From Myxococcota bacterium (GTDB taxonomy: Bacteria > Myxococcota_A > Polyangia > Polyangiales > Sandaracinaceae): 52,368 bases of DNA. Of the stretch, positions 10,399 to 20,164 are shown one piece after another. Within the stretch, counting starts at the first letter, position 1; each line of letters starts with the position of its first letter. The notes under the pieces are model-generated. The model was not told where the DNA came from, made no database searches, and saw only the letters and a program-made list of their open reading frames with translations. A program made the position numbers and the translations under genes. The stretch covers positions 1-52,368 of the forward strand of contig JAYZQJ010000202.1 of assembly GCA_036149055.1 (NCBI GenBank), written 5' to 3'.

Positions 10399-12045
10399 AT
10401 GCAACGCGCTGGAGCCCGCTGGAGCCTGCTGCTCGCGCTCGCGACGCTCGCGGCGTGCTCGGAGACGCCTCGCACGCAGGTGATGGTCTTCGTGCGGGCC
10501 GAGGAGGGCGTCCGCGCCCGGGCGCAGCGGCTGGACGTCGAGGTCTTCGGCGCGGGGCCCGGCGAGGCGCGCGCGCTGCGCGACACGTTGACTTACACCG
10601 ACGCGGCGAGCTCGGAGTTCCTCCCGCTCCAGTGGCCGCGGCGGGTGGCGCTGGTGCCGGCCGGGGGCGACCCTCTGCGGACCTTCGCGGTCGTCGCCAC
10701 CGCCCAGGACGACGGCGGGGAGATCTTCGCCCGCGCGGAGGTGGCGAGCAGCTACCTCGAGGGCCAGACGCTCACCCTCGACGTCTGGCTCCGCGACGAC
10801 TGCGTGGGCACGGTGTGCCCGGCCGGCGAGACCTGCGCCGCCGGCGCGTGTCGCCCGGTGGACGCCACCGACCCGTGCTCGCTGCGCACGCTCGAAGGCG
10901 ACGCCGTCCCCGAGGGCTGCGCGCCGACGACCGACGCGGGGCAGGACGCGGACGTCGACGCCGGGGCGCCGGACGCCGGCCCAGACGACGCCGGCCCCGA
11001 CGACGCCGGGCCGCCCGACGCCGGGCCGACGCCCGTCGACCGCTACAACGTCGTCTTCGTCACCTCGACCCCGCGCGCTCCCGGGGGCCTCGGAGGCATC
11101 GAGGGGGCGCATCGGTACTGTCAGGACCTGGCGCGCGACGCGAACCTCCCGGAGCCGGCGAGCTACCGGGCGTTCCTGTCGACGTCGTCGGCGCCGGCGA
11201 TCTCGCTGCTGACCGGGAGCCGCGGGTTCGTGCGCGTGGACGGGCGGCCGGTGGCGGACCGTCCGAGCGAGCTGGTCGCGGGAGAGATGCGCTACCCGAT
11301 CGCGCTCGACGAGACCGGCGCCGAGCCGCTCGAGACGCGGGTCGCGACCGGGACCCGGGTGGACCACACCGCCGGGCTGACGTGCGACGACTGGACGTCC
11401 GAGGCCGGCGAGCCCACCGCGGGCAACGCCTTCGACGGGGTGCGCTTCTGGCTCGACCGGCGCTTCGGCTTCGCGCCCGCGCCGCGCGCGCTGTCCTGCG
11501 GCGAGCCGCTCTCGCTCTACTGCTTCGGCACCGGCCGGACCCGCGCGCTCGAGACCGCCGCGCCGCCCGCGGGCGCCGGAGGCGCGTTCGTGACCTCCGA
11601 GCCGGTCGGCACCCAGCCCGCCGGCATCGCCGCGTTCGACGCCGCCTGTCAGCGCGAGGGCGGTGAAGACTACGTGGCGTTCTTGCCCGACGGCGCCGGG
11701 GCGAGCCCGATCGCGCGCCTCGGCGGCTTCGGTGGCCCGTGGTACCGGCCGGACGGAGTGCGGGTGGCGGCCGGCGTCGCCGAGCTCGCCGGCGAGCAGC
11801 TCGACGCGCCGCCCATCCAGACCGCGCTCGGGGTCTACGCCGCGGACGGACGGATCTGGAGCGCCGAGGCCACCCCGGACGTGTCCACCGGCTTCGCGTG
11901 CGACGCGTGGACCTCCACCGGGCCGCGGGGCCGCTTCTCGTACCTCGGCCTGGCGCGCACCTTCTACACCCGCGCGGTCTACCGCGAGTGCGGAGGCGCC
12001 GAAGGCGAGCGCGTGCTCTGCCTGTCCACCGCCCCGGTGTACTGA
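10399..12045 (+). CDS. Lipoprotein with DAG-repeat linker and two DUF1554/endostatin-like domains
   Basis: Lipobox LAAC, PDAGPDDAG repeats, VFVTS...GGLGGIEGA...CQ...YRAFLS and a second copy AFVTS...FDAACQ...YVAFL. Confidence 0.7.
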   Translation: MQRAGARWSLLLALATLAACSETPRTQVMVFVRAEEGVRARAQRLDVEVFGAGPGEARALRDTLTYTDAASSEFLPLQWPRRVALVPAGGDPLRTFAVVATAQDDGGEIFARAEVASSYLEGQTLTLDVWLRDDCVGTVCPAGETCAAGACRPVDATDPCSLRTLEGDAVPEGCAPTTDAGQDADVDAGAPDAGPDDAGPDDAGPPDAGPTPVDRYNVVFVTSTPRAPGGLGGIEGAHRYCQDLARDANLPEPASYRAFLSTSSAPAISLLTGSRGFVRVDGRPVADRPSELVAGEMRYPIALDETGAEPLETRVATGTRVDHTAGLTCDDWTSEAGEPTAGNAFDGVRFWLDRRFGFAPAPRALSCGEPLSLYCFGTGRTRALETAAPPAGAGGAFVTSEPVGTQPAGIAAFDAACQREGGEDYVAFLPDGAGASPIARLGGFGGPWYRPDGVRVAAGVAELAGEQLDAPPIQTALGVYAADGRIWSAEATPDVSTGFACDAWTSTGPRGRFSYLGLARTFYTRAVYRECGGAEGERVLCLSTAPVY

Positions 12046-13061
12046 GGGCGGTCGCCGTCCCGCGCGGCCCACCAGGCGCACATCCGCGGCCAGAGCTCGC
12101 GCTTGGCCGCGCTCGACACCACCGCGCCGACGTGGCCGCCAGGGAGGTGGAGGTGCTCCTTGTCGTCGCTCGACACCCGGTCGACCAGCACCGACGCGCT
12201 CTGGTGCGGGACGATGTGGTCGTGGGCGAAGGTGATCGCGAGCAGCGGGCAGTCGATGTCCTCGAGCCGGAGCCGCCGACCGCTCAGCGCCATCTCGCCG
12301 CGCACCAGCCGGTCCTCCCGGTAGAGCTCGCGGATGTACGTGCGGTAGCACTCGCCCGGGAAGCTGACGTTGTCGTTGCCCCAGGTCTCGGTGGCGAAGA
12401 AGCCGTCGAGGAAGCGGTCGTCCCAGGCGCGGTCGACGAGCTTGACCGCCTTCCACAGCGACAGCGTCGGCCGGAGCATGTGGAAGCTCGCCTGCATGAG
12501 CGGCCAGGGCACGTTGCCGAAGCCGTTCACCAGCGCGTCCACGTCGAAGCCCGGGCTCCGCACCCAGCGCGACAGCAGGCCGTCGTCGTGGAAGCGGACC
12601 GGCGCGGCGAGCGCGAGCAGCGACGCGAAGCGTGTTGGGTGCGCGGCCGCGTGGGCCACCGCCAGCGTGCCGCCCATGCAGTAGCCGAGCACGTGCGCCT
12701 TGCCGGGGCGCCGACCGAACGAGGCCGCGACCCGGATCGCGCGGCCGACGTAGGTGTCGGCGATGTCGTCGAAGGAGAGGTAGCGGTCCTCGTCCTGCGG
12801 CGTGCCCCAGTCGATGCAGAACACGTCGAAGCCCTGCTGCACCAGGTGCTCGGTGAAGCTCTTGCCGGGCAGGAGATCGAGCACGTAGTGGCGGTTGATC
12901 AGGCTCGGGACGAGCAGGATCGGCGTGTCGTGCAGCACGCGCTCGCTGCGGTAGCGCAGGAGCTTCCACTTGTTCTCGCGGTGCACCACGTCGGCCGGGG
13001 TGCTGCCCACCGGAGGGCGCCCGCGGGCCACGTGCCGCGCCAGGTTCATGAAACGGTTCAC
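11979..13061 (-). CDS. phaC: Class III/IV-type polyhydroxyalkanoate synthase
   Basis: 360 aa. GSTPADVV, PILLVPSLINRHYVLDL, IDWG, lipase box GYCMGG (catalytic Cys), DHIVP (Asp) and GGHVG (His). Confidence 0.9.
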   Translation of the reverse strand: MNRFMNLARHVARGRPPVGSTPADVVHRENKWKLLRYRSERVLHDTPILLVPSLINRHYVLDLLPGKSFTEHLVQQGFDVFCIDWGTPQDEDRYLSFDDIADTYVGRAIRVAASFGRRPGKAHVLGYCMGGTLAVAHAAAHPTRFASLLALAAPVRFHDDGLLSRWVRSPGFDVDALVNGFGNVPWPLMQASFHMLRPTLSLWKAVKLVDRAWDDRFLDGFFATETWGNDNVSFPGECYRTYIRELYREDRLVRGEMALSGRRLRLEDIDCPLLAITFAHDHIVPHQSASVLVDRVSSDDKEHLHLPGGHVGAVVSSAAKRELWPRMCAWWAARDGDRPQYTGAVDRQSTRSPSAPPHSR

Positions 13062-13079
13062 GTCGGTCCTCGTCCCGCC

Positions 13080-14786
13080 TCAACCATAGAGCGCGGCGAG
13101 TCGCTCGCCGAACCGCTCGATGATCTTCTTGCGCTTGGCCTTGAGGGTCGGGGTCAGCATGCCGTTCTCGACCGTCAGCGGCTCGTCCATGATCACGAAC
13201 TTCTTGATCGTCTCGAAGCGGGCGAGGTGGGCGTTCGCCGCGTCGATGCGGGACTGCACGAGCGCGAGGCGCGCCTCCTCCCGCGCGTCCGGCGGCGAGA
13301 CCTCGGCCAGCGCCGCGTCCACCGCGGCCTCGTCGAGCCACACGCCGGCGGTGAGGTACTTCTCCCCGTCGCCGTAGACGATCAGGTGGGTGATGTAGGG
13401 GTCGTCCTTGAACTGGATCTCGATGTTCGCCGGCGCGACGTTCTTGCCGCCCGCGGTCACGAAGATGTCCTTCTTGCGGTCGACGATCTGGAGGAAGCCG
13501 TCTTCGGTCCAGCGCCCGACGTCGCCGGTCTTCAGCCAGCCGTCCTCGGTGAACGCCTCCTTCGTGGCCTCGGCGTCCTCGTGGTAGCCGCCGAAGATCG
13601 ACGGCCCCCGGGCGAGGATCTCGCCGTCCTCCGCCAGCTTCAGCTCCACGCTCGGCAGCGCCTTGCCCACCGAGTCGAAGCGGAAGGCGTCCGGGCGGTT
13701 CAGGGTCAGCGTCGGGCTCGCCTCGGTCAGGCCGTAGCCCTCGATGATCAGCCGGCCCGCGTCGTGGAAGAGCTCCTTCACCTCGCGCTTCAGCCCCGCG
13801 CCGCCGCTGAGGCAGAAGCGGAGCCGGCCGCCGGTCAGGGCGTCGAGCTTCGCCTTCGGGTCCGCGTCGGCGCGGGCCCAGGTCGCCAGCTTCTCCCAGA
13901 CGCTGGGCACGCTCATGAAGACCTGCGGCCGCACCGACGGGAGGTCGTCCATCACGCGCTTCGGGTCGCTGAGGTAGCTGGTCCACCCGAGGGTGTTGCC
14001 GAGCGACGCCTCGCCGAAGCCGAAGATGTGACTGAACGGGAGCCAGAGGAGGTCGACGTCGCCGTCCTCGACGAGCGGGCCGTTGCACCGCAGCCAGTCG
14101 GAGCCATTGACGCCGACGTTCCGGTGGGTGAGCGGCACGCCCTTGGGCCGCCCGCTGGTGCCGCTCGTGTAGAGCATGACCCCGGGCTGATCGAGGCTCA
14201 CCGCGTCGATGGTCTCGCGGAAGGCGCTCGGCTCCTCGCGGCCGCGCGCCGCCCCCGCCTCCATCACCCGCGACCAGGTGAGGAGCCGGGCGTCGAGCTG
14301 CGCGCGCGACGGCGCCCTCTCGCCGGCCGCGGCCAGGGCGGCGTCCACGTCGAGCGCGTCGTCGAAGAGCACGACGCGCTTCACCGCGTCGAGATCCTCC
14401 CACGCCTCGAGCACCCGGGTGAGCAGCGGGAGCGTGTCCACGAAGAGCACGCGCACGCCGCCGTGGCGGATCACGTAGCCCGCCTGCTCGGCGGTGCTCG
14501 ACGCGTAGATGGGCACCATCACCCCGCCGGCGGCCTGCGCGCCGAGCGCGGCGCTCATCCACTCCACGCGGTTCGGGGCGAAGAGCGCGACTCGATCTCC
14601 GGCCTCGATCTCGGTGCCGAGGTAGAGCGCGCAGCGCTCGATCTGCGCGGCGTGCTCGGCGTAGGTGACCGGCTTCCAGCCCTCGCCGTCGGGCACCATG
14701 AAGCGCGCCCGCTCGGCCCGCTCCTCGAGGTGGTCGAAGATCGCCTTCGGCGCGATGCGCACGTCCAGGTAGGGCGTGGTGTCCAT
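13080..14786 (-). CDS. Long-chain acyl-CoA synthetase (FadD/FAA1-like AMP-dependent ligase)
   Basis: [46 protein letters not shown] and LTPTLK. Confidence 0.93.
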   Translation of the reverse strand: MDTTPYLDVRIAPKAIFDHLEERAERARFMVPDGEGWKPVTYAEHAAQIERCALYLGTEIEAGDRVALFAPNRVEWMSAALGAQAAGGVMVPIYASSTAEQAGYVIRHGGVRVLFVDTLPLLTRVLEAWEDLDAVKRVVLFDDALDVDAALAAAGERAPSRAQLDARLLTWSRVMEAGAARGREEPSAFRETIDAVSLDQPGVMLYTSGTSGRPKGVPLTHRNVGVNGSDWLRCNGPLVEDGDVDLLWLPFSHIFGFGEASLGNTLGWTSYLSDPKRVMDDLPSVRPQVFMSVPSVWEKLATWARADADPKAKLDALTGGRLRFCLSGGAGLKREVKELFHDAGRLIIEGYGLTEASPTLTLNRPDAFRFDSVGKALPSVELKLAEDGEILARGPSIFGGYHEDAEATKEAFTEDGWLKTGDVGRWTEDGFLQIVDRKKDIFVTAGGKNVAPANIEIQFKDDPYITHLIVYGDGEKYLTAGVWLDEAAVDAALAEVSPPDAREEARLALVQSRIDAANAHLARFETIKKFVIMDEPLTVENGMLTPTLKAKRKKIIERFGERLAALYG

Positions 14787-14787
14787 C

Positions 14788-15099
14788 TCAGGCCTCCTCT
14801 CGCGGCGGCAGCCGGGCCTCGAGATCCTCGAGGCGCTCCTCGAGGTCGAGCAGCTTGCTGTGGATCTGGTGGAGCGTGTGCAGCGCCCGCTCCTGATCGC
14901 GCTTGGTGGGCAGGCCCCAGCCGCCCCAGAACTGCGCGAGCGCCTGCTCCCCCGCCGCGCGCGCCTTCATCGCGCCGCTCAGCAGGTGCCCGGTCGGCCC
15001 GAGCACGGTCGGGTTCTTGAGCGCCTGCTCCATGTAGTCGGCGGTCGCGCTCTCCCAGGCGAAGAAGCCCTTCTTCCACTGTTCCCACATCTCGTTCAT
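14788..15099 (-). CDS. Small PhaE-like PHA synthase accessory subunit (103 aa)
   Basis: [10 protein letters not shown]...[30 protein letters not shown] resembles the PhaE C-terminal LPT(R/K) plus coiled coil. ATGA overlap upstream, 1 bp gap to the ligase. Confidence 0.65.
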   Translation of the reverse strand: MNEMWEQWKKGFFAWESATADYMEQALKNPTVLGPTGHLLSGAMKARAAGEQALAQFWGGWGLPTKRDQERALHTLHQIHSKLLDLEERLEDLEARLPPREEA

Positions 15100-15929
15100 G
15101 GCAGTCCCCTCGGCGTGATGCGCCGCAGCTCGGCGGCGTCGGTGAAAGGAGCGGTCGTCCCCGGCGCGCTCTGGGCGCGCGCGACCTCTCCGAAGCATTC
15201 GAAGAGCCAGCTGGTGAGCCGGCGGGTGGCGGTGGCCCCGGCGGCCGCCTCCACCGTGACCTGGGTGTCGACGCGCCAGGCCTGGCCGAAGCTCCAGTCC
15301 GGCAGGTCCAGCCTCCCCGCGCCGACCACCTCGACCTCGTAGGTGTCGGTGCCCCGGTACGCGAGCCCGAGCGCGGTGCCTGCGCTCACCTCGCCGACCA
15401 CGGTGTAGCGGTCGCCCTGCGAGAGCGGGAAGCGGTAGAGCGGCACCGGCGCGTCGTAGGGGAGCAGCGTGCGGCCCTCGGGCGGGTCGGGCTCGGCGCT
15501 GGCGACGCCGTGCAGCCACAGGCCTCGCTCGTCGAGGTGATAGACGCCGAGCACGGTCCCCTCGAGGTCGACCGGCGCCACGTAGTCGCCGCCCGGGAAG
15601 TCGTCCGCGAACCACTGATCGGTCAGCGCGCGCGGCCCGATCCCGATGACGCGATCGTCGGCGAAGTCGGCGCCGAGGTCCCACACCCGGCGCCCGGAGG
15701 GATCCACCGCGCCCTCCAGATCGACCCGCCGCGAGACGCCCTCCGGGTTGACCAGGTAGGCGACCTCTCCGCCGAGCAGGACCGGCACCTCGCCCGCCTC
15801 CAGCACGCCGTCGAGGTCGGGCACGCAGGTGAAGCCCTCCTCCTCGCCGGGCGCGAACGGCGTCGGCCCGGGCAGGGTCCGGTTCTCGCCGCAGGCGACG
15901 AGCAACAAGGCCACGAAGAGCGCCCTCAC
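15096..15929 (-). CDS. Lipoprotein of unknown function (paralogue 3)
   Basis: GTG start overlapping the upstream stop; lipobox LVAC; shares motifs with 18513-19484 and 21723-22664. Confidence 0.8.
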   Translation of the reverse strand: MRALFVALLLVACGENRTLPGPTPFAPGEEEGFTCVPDLDGVLEAGEVPVLLGGEVAYLVNPEGVSRRVDLEGAVDPSGRRVWDLGADFADDRVIGIGPRALTDQWFADDFPGGDYVAPVDLEGTVLGVYHLDERGLWLHGVASAEPDPPEGRTLLPYDAPVPLYRFPLSQGDRYTVVGEVSAGTALGLAYRGTDTYEVEVVGAGRLDLPDWSFGQAWRVDTQVTVEAAAGATATRRLTSWLFECFGEVARAQSAPGTTAPFTDAAELRRITPRGLP

Positions 15930-17491
15930 AGCGTCACCCACAGGCTCATGCGGAACAGCTGCGCCGGCTGCGCCGTCAGCCCGGCCTGCACGTTGTCGAG
16001 GCCGGCGAAGGGGAACAGGGCGGCGTAGGCGGCGACGATCGACCAGCCGTCGTCGTTCTCGTAGCTCAGGGTCGGGTCGAGCTCGAAGCCGAGCAGGTTG
16101 TCCCCGCCGGGCGCGCTCGACGACTCCGCCGCGAGGCTGAGGATGCCGGCGAGCGAGAAGCGCAGGCGCCCCGACGGATGCTCGAGGAGCGTGAGCCTCG
16201 CGTGCGGCCGCAGGTACACGGCGTCGGTGATCGTCCCGATGATCTCGCGGAAGAGGATGCGGTCGACCCGGTAGTTCGGATGGAAGCGGAAGTTGTCGGC
16301 GCGCATGTCGAAGGGCGCGACGATCTGGGAGCCGTCGAGGTCTCCCGGCCGGCCGGGCCCACGAGTGGCGTTGGGGAACGCGCCGAAGCCGGGCGCCGGG
16401 TCGCCGCTCGCGGCGCCGAAGTCGAAGCCCAGCTCGAAGATCTGCGGCGCGACGTGGAAGCGCGACTCGAACGCGAAGCCCCAGGCCAGGGTGTCGACCG
16501 GGTCGCGGAGGAAGACGCCCGGGATGAGCGAGGCCTCCTCGAAGCGCCCGCCGATGATCGCGCCCTCCGCGCCGACGTAACCCCAGGGCCCGCGGAGCCG
16601 GAGGAAGGCGTCGCCGGCCACCGCCTCGTAGCCCCGGCTGACGATCTGGCTGCGGCTGAGCTGGTAGTCGTCGGGCGTCGGCAGGTAGCTGGGCGACCAG
16701 TCGTTGTCCTGCCAGCGGTAGGAGACGAAGGCGCCGTACTCGACGGTGGTGAGCCCGGCGCGGGTCCGGCGACGCAGGCTGGTGTCGCTGGTGATGTTCA
16801 GGACCGCGAAGGTGAGCGTGCGGGTGTCGTCGGTCGGGTCGACGTCGAGGAAGCGGACGCCGTCGGCCCGCGGCACGTTCGGGCCAATCGCGGTCAGGTC
16901 GAACGCGAAGGTCCAGATGTGACCCAGCAGCGGCGTGGCGAAGAAGACGCGGTCGGCCGCGTCGTCGGTGTCGCAGGTCGGGCAGTCGCCGCCGTTCGAC
17001 TGCATGCCGAGGCCCCAGTGGCTGCCGATGCGGCCGGCCGCGATCAGCCCGAGCGGGGTGATCACCTGCGCCCACGCGCGCTTCAGCACGAACGCCGACC
17101 CCGGCGAGCGCTGGCGTCGCGAGTCGGCCGGCGGCCCGACCGGCAGGCTGCCGAACGAGAGGTTGTCGAGCACGTCGATCCGGGCGTGCACGCTGACGGT
17201 GGTGTCCGGGATCGTGAACGCGAGGTCCGTACGCAGCCGCATGTCGGCGTGCGTCAGGAGCTGCCCGAGCGGATCCGCCTGCGGCACCGGGAAGAGCGGA
17301 TCGCCGCTCGGCGTCGGGCCGCGATCGAGGTCGAGGTTGTGGAAGAGCTCGCCGCGCGCCCGGAAGAAGATCCGGTAGTCGACGAGGTCGGCGTCGCCGG
17401 GGTTCGGGACCCGGCGCACCACCGCCTGGGCCTGCGCCAGCGACGGGGCCAGCGCGGCGAGCAGCGCGGCGAGAGCGAGGAGCTGCCTCAT
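15926..17491 (-). CDS. Probable outer-membrane beta-barrel protein (TIGR04551-like)
   Basis: Signal peptide ending AQA; FRARGELFHN, HADMRLR, KRAWA, GR..SHWGLGM..N.GDC...D, FRFHPNYRVD.ILFR and GFELD; amphipathic C-terminal strand. Confidence 0.65.
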   Translation of the reverse strand: MRQLLALAALLAALAPSLAQAQAVVRRVPNPGDADLVDYRIFFRARGELFHNLDLDRGPTPSGDPLFPVPQADPLGQLLTHADMRLRTDLAFTIPDTTVSVHARIDVLDNLSFGSLPVGPPADSRRQRSPGSAFVLKRAWAQVITPLGLIAAGRIGSHWGLGMQSNGGDCPTCDTDDAADRVFFATPLLGHIWTFAFDLTAIGPNVPRADGVRFLDVDPTDDTRTLTFAVLNITSDTSLRRRTRAGLTTVEYGAFVSYRWQDNDWSPSYLPTPDDYQLSRSQIVSRGYEAVAGDAFLRLRGPWGYVGAEGAIIGGRFEEASLIPGVFLRDPVDTLAWGFAFESRFHVAPQIFELGFDFGAASGDPAPGFGAFPNATRGPGRPGDLDGSQIVAPFDMRADNFRFHPNYRVDRILFREIIGTITDAVYLRPHARLTLLEHPSGRLRFSLAGILSLAAESSSAPGGDNLLGFELDPTLSYENDDGWSIVAAYAALFPFAGLDNVQAGLTAQPAQLFRMSLWVTL

Positions 17492-18516
17492 GGCGACGGC
17501 TCTCCGATCTCCACCCCGAGGGCGGGCGCCTCTCCTTCGGCCGCGGGCGCGACCGGGGCCGACGCCGCGGACGCCGGCTCGAGGGGCGCCGACTCCACCG
17601 GCACCGGAGCGCGCAGGCCAGGCGCGTCCTCGGCGCGGCCCTCGTCGAGGAAGCGCATCAGGTCGCGGAGCGACGGCCGCGCCGCCTCCACCATCGGGAA
17701 GTGACCGCAGCGCGGGTAGACCCGCAGCTCCGCGTTCGGCAGCTCGGCCTGCAGGCGCTCCCCCCAGCTCAGCCGCGACACCAGATCCTCGCGCCCCCAG
17801 AGGAGCAGCACCGGGGCCTCGATCTCCGCGTAGCGCTCGTGCTCGAAGCGCATGCCCCGCACGGTGGCCAGCGCCGCGGCCTCGGTCCCCGGCCGGTCGA
17901 GCGCGCCCTCGTAGGCCTCGATGAGCGCCTGCGGGATGCGGTCCGGATCGTAGTACGCGAGCGCGGCGCGCTCGTCCGGCCGCTGATCGTAGAAGGCGGC
18001 GAAGAGCAGCTCGCCCATGCCGTCCGCGTCCGCCCACTCGGCGAAGGTGTTGCGCTGCCCCGGGTAGACGAAGGCGTCGTAGAGCGCGATCCGATCCACC
18101 CGGGCCGGCGCCTCGAGCGCGACCGCGAGGGCGATGGAGCTGCCGTAGGAGTGGGCCACCACCGCCGCGTGCTCGACGCCTCGCGCGTCCATCAGCGCCA
18201 TGACCAGCCGGGCCTGCGCGCGCACGGTGTAGTCGCCCTGGGGGCGGCCGCTCCAGCCGAAGCCCTTGAGGTCGAGCGCGATCACCCGGTAGCCCGCGGC
18301 GACGAGCGCCGGCCGGACCCCGGCCCACACGTCGAGGCTGCTGGCGAAGCCGTGAACGAGCACCACCGGCGGGCCCTCGCCCTCGTCGACGAAGCGGACG
18401 CGCGCCCCCTCGAGCTCGGCGAAGGTCGCGTCCGCGGGCTCTCCCGGCAGCGCACCGGCGTGGAAGCCGAGGCAGCCGGTCCCGAGCAGGAGCGCGGCGA
18501 CGGCGATCCGCTTCAC
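17488..18516 (-). CDS. Exported (lipoprotein) alpha/beta hydrolase
   Basis: Signal ending GTGC; oxyanion HGF, DLKGFG.S, nucleophile elbow AHSYG, WGRED (Asp) and CGHFP (His). 4-bp overlaps at both ends. Confidence 0.88.
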   Translation of the reverse strand: MKRIAVAALLLGTGCLGFHAGALPGEPADATFAELEGARVRFVDEGEGPPVVLVHGFASSLDVWAGVRPALVAAGYRVIALDLKGFGWSGRPQGDYTVRAQARLVMALMDARGVEHAAVVAHSYGSSIALAVALEAPARVDRIALYDAFVYPGQRNTFAEWADADGMGELLFAAFYDQRPDERAALAYYDPDRIPQALIEAYEGALDRPGTEAAALATVRGMRFEHERYAEIEAPVLLLWGREDLVSRLSWGERLQAELPNAELRVYPRCGHFPMVEAARPSLRDLMRFLDEGRAEDAPGLRAPVPVESAPLEPASAASAPVAPAAEGEAPALGVEIGEPSP

Positions 18517-19484
18517 CGCACCCTCCAGAGCTCGCCGGCCACGCTCGGCTCGGCGTCGGTGTCGTTGTCCCGACCGAAGAGCTGGGCCACCGTGCCGAGG
18601 CACTCGGCGACGTAGGCGTGGCGCCGCGTGATCGTCACCAGCGCGCCGACGGTGCGGGTGATGCGCGTGTTCACCCGCAGGACCTCGTGCGTCCCCGCGG
18701 GCGTCCCGACCTGCCCGGAGGCGTCGACCTCCATGGTCCAGCGCTCGGTGTAGAAGCTGCTCACTCCGCTCGCGAGGCCGCTGACGGTCGAGGTCTCGCT
18801 CCAGGTGGCCTCCAGCGCGAGCGGCAGCTGCCACACCGGCATCGGCGGGTCGTACGCGAGCTCGGTGCGGGAGAAGCCGTCGGCCTCGGACACGACGCCC
18901 AGGAGCAGGACCGCGTCGTCGGTGACCTCGAAGACGCCGAGCAGCGACTCGTCGCCCGAGAGCGGCAGCGAGTAGCTCGCGCCCGGGAAGGCCTCTCCGT
19001 ACCACTCGCCCGCCGGGTCGCGACGCACGAAGCTCCGGTCGGAGTCGTCGGCGTAGGGCCCCTCGAAGTCCCAGATGCGCTCGCCGGACGGCCGCTCCGC
19101 CCCGTGGCTGTCGACCGCCGCGTCCTCGGCGACCCGGAAGGCGAGCGCCTCGCCGATCGGGAAGCTCAGCTCGCTTCGCGCGATCACCCCGTCGCCGTCC
19201 CCGCACCCGGGCGGCCCGGCGTCCGGCGGCGTCACGCCCCCGTCCTCGTCCACTCCGCCATCGGGCGGCTCGGTCCCGGCGTCGCCCTCGTCCCCCGCGT
19301 CCCGAGCGGTCCCGCCGTCGATCGCGCCGGCGTCGTCTCCTTCGAGCGGCTCGCACACCCCGTCCGCCCGGCACACCCCCGACGGGCAGTCCGTCCCGAA
19401 CCGACACGGCACCTCCCCGCCCCCCGCGCAGCCTCCGATTCCGAGCGCTACACAGAGCGCGAGAAGACGACTGATCTCACGCAA
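18513..19484 (-). CDS. Lipoprotein of unknown function (paralogue 2)
   Basis: Lipobox IGGC, Cys motif CRFGTDCPSGVC and DAG linker. The start is uncertain (TTG 19484 or ATG 19586) because the frame stays open into the repeat region. Confidence 0.75.
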   Translation of the reverse strand: MREISRLLALCVALGIGGCAGGGEVPCRFGTDCPSGVCRADGVCEPLEGDDAGAIDGGTARDAGDEGDAGTEPPDGGVDEDGGVTPPDAGPPGCGDGDGVIARSELSFPIGEALAFRVAEDAAVDSHGAERPSGERIWDFEGPYADDSDRSFVRRDPAGEWYGEAFPGASYSLPLSGDESLLGVFEVTDDAVLLLGVVSEADGFSRTELAYDPPMPVWQLPLALEATWSETSTVSGLASGVSSFYTERWTMEVDASGQVGTPAGTHEVLRVNTRITRTVGALVTITRRHAYVAECLGTVAQLFGRDNDTDAEPSVAGELWRVR

Positions 19485-20154
19485 AGACGCTCCCGTGCTT
19501 CTCGCGACTCGTTCGAGTGCCGGGATCGAGGGACGATCAATTTCACGCAGAGGCGCAGAGGCGCAGAGATCGGGCCTCGCCGACATGATCGGGATCGCTC
19601 CTCGCTCACTCGTGCTTCTCGCGCCTCGTTCGAGTGCCGAGCTCGAGGGACAACTAATTTCACGCAAAGACGCAAAGACGCAAAGGGGGGCGGTCGCGGA
19701 CCGCCTGCGCGGGGCGTTCGGCGACGGGTCGGCCGACACCCGCGAGTCGGTGGCCGCCCGCGAGTCGGTGGCCGCACGCGAGTCGGTGGCCGCACGCGAA
19801 TCGGTGGCCGCCGGCGAGACGCCATCCCGCGGCCCTCTGCGCCTCTGCGCCTCTGCGAGAGAAAAACACTCACCCGCCGAGCCGCGCGCGACCGACCAAG
19901 ACGCAGACAACGGCCACCCCGCCCCCTTTGCGTCTTTGCGTCTTTGCGTGAGACCAGAAGCCACCGAAGCCCCGAGAACGGCGGGCGACTCGGTGGCCGC
20001 CGGCGAGTCGCCATCCCGCGGCCCTCTGCGCCTCTGCGCCTCTGCGAGAGAAAAACACTCACCCGCCGAGCCGCGCGCGACCGACCAAGACGCAGACAGC
20101 GGCCAACCCGCCCCCTTTGCGCCTTTGCGTCTTTGCGTGAGATCAGAAGCCACC
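19476..20154. repeat. REP-like repeat cluster of (CGCAAAGA)n/(CGCAGAGG)n units in both orientations with nested direct repeats
   Basis: Forward units near 19477, 19543 and 19660; reverse units near 19835, 19926, 20024 and 20115. Also a 117-bp-period repeat (19494/19611), an 18-bp unit x4 (19741-19812) and a ~165-bp direct repeat with 189-bp period (19801/19990). Confidence 0.9.
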
Positions 20155-20164
20155 AGAGGTCCCC

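Noticed and set aside
9961..14562. 1533-aa minus-strand ORF and similar long ORFs (29347-33423, 45652-48549, 11739-15020, 2616-5180)
   Set aside because: These are Arg/Gly/Pro-rich or antisense shadow frames of well-supported genes, as expected at this GC content. Only the last 161 aa of 29347-33423 look real.
19476..20154. Possible CRISPR array
   Set aside because: No constant repeat with unique spacers; the intervening sequences are themselves duplicated, the orientation flips, and there are no cas genes.
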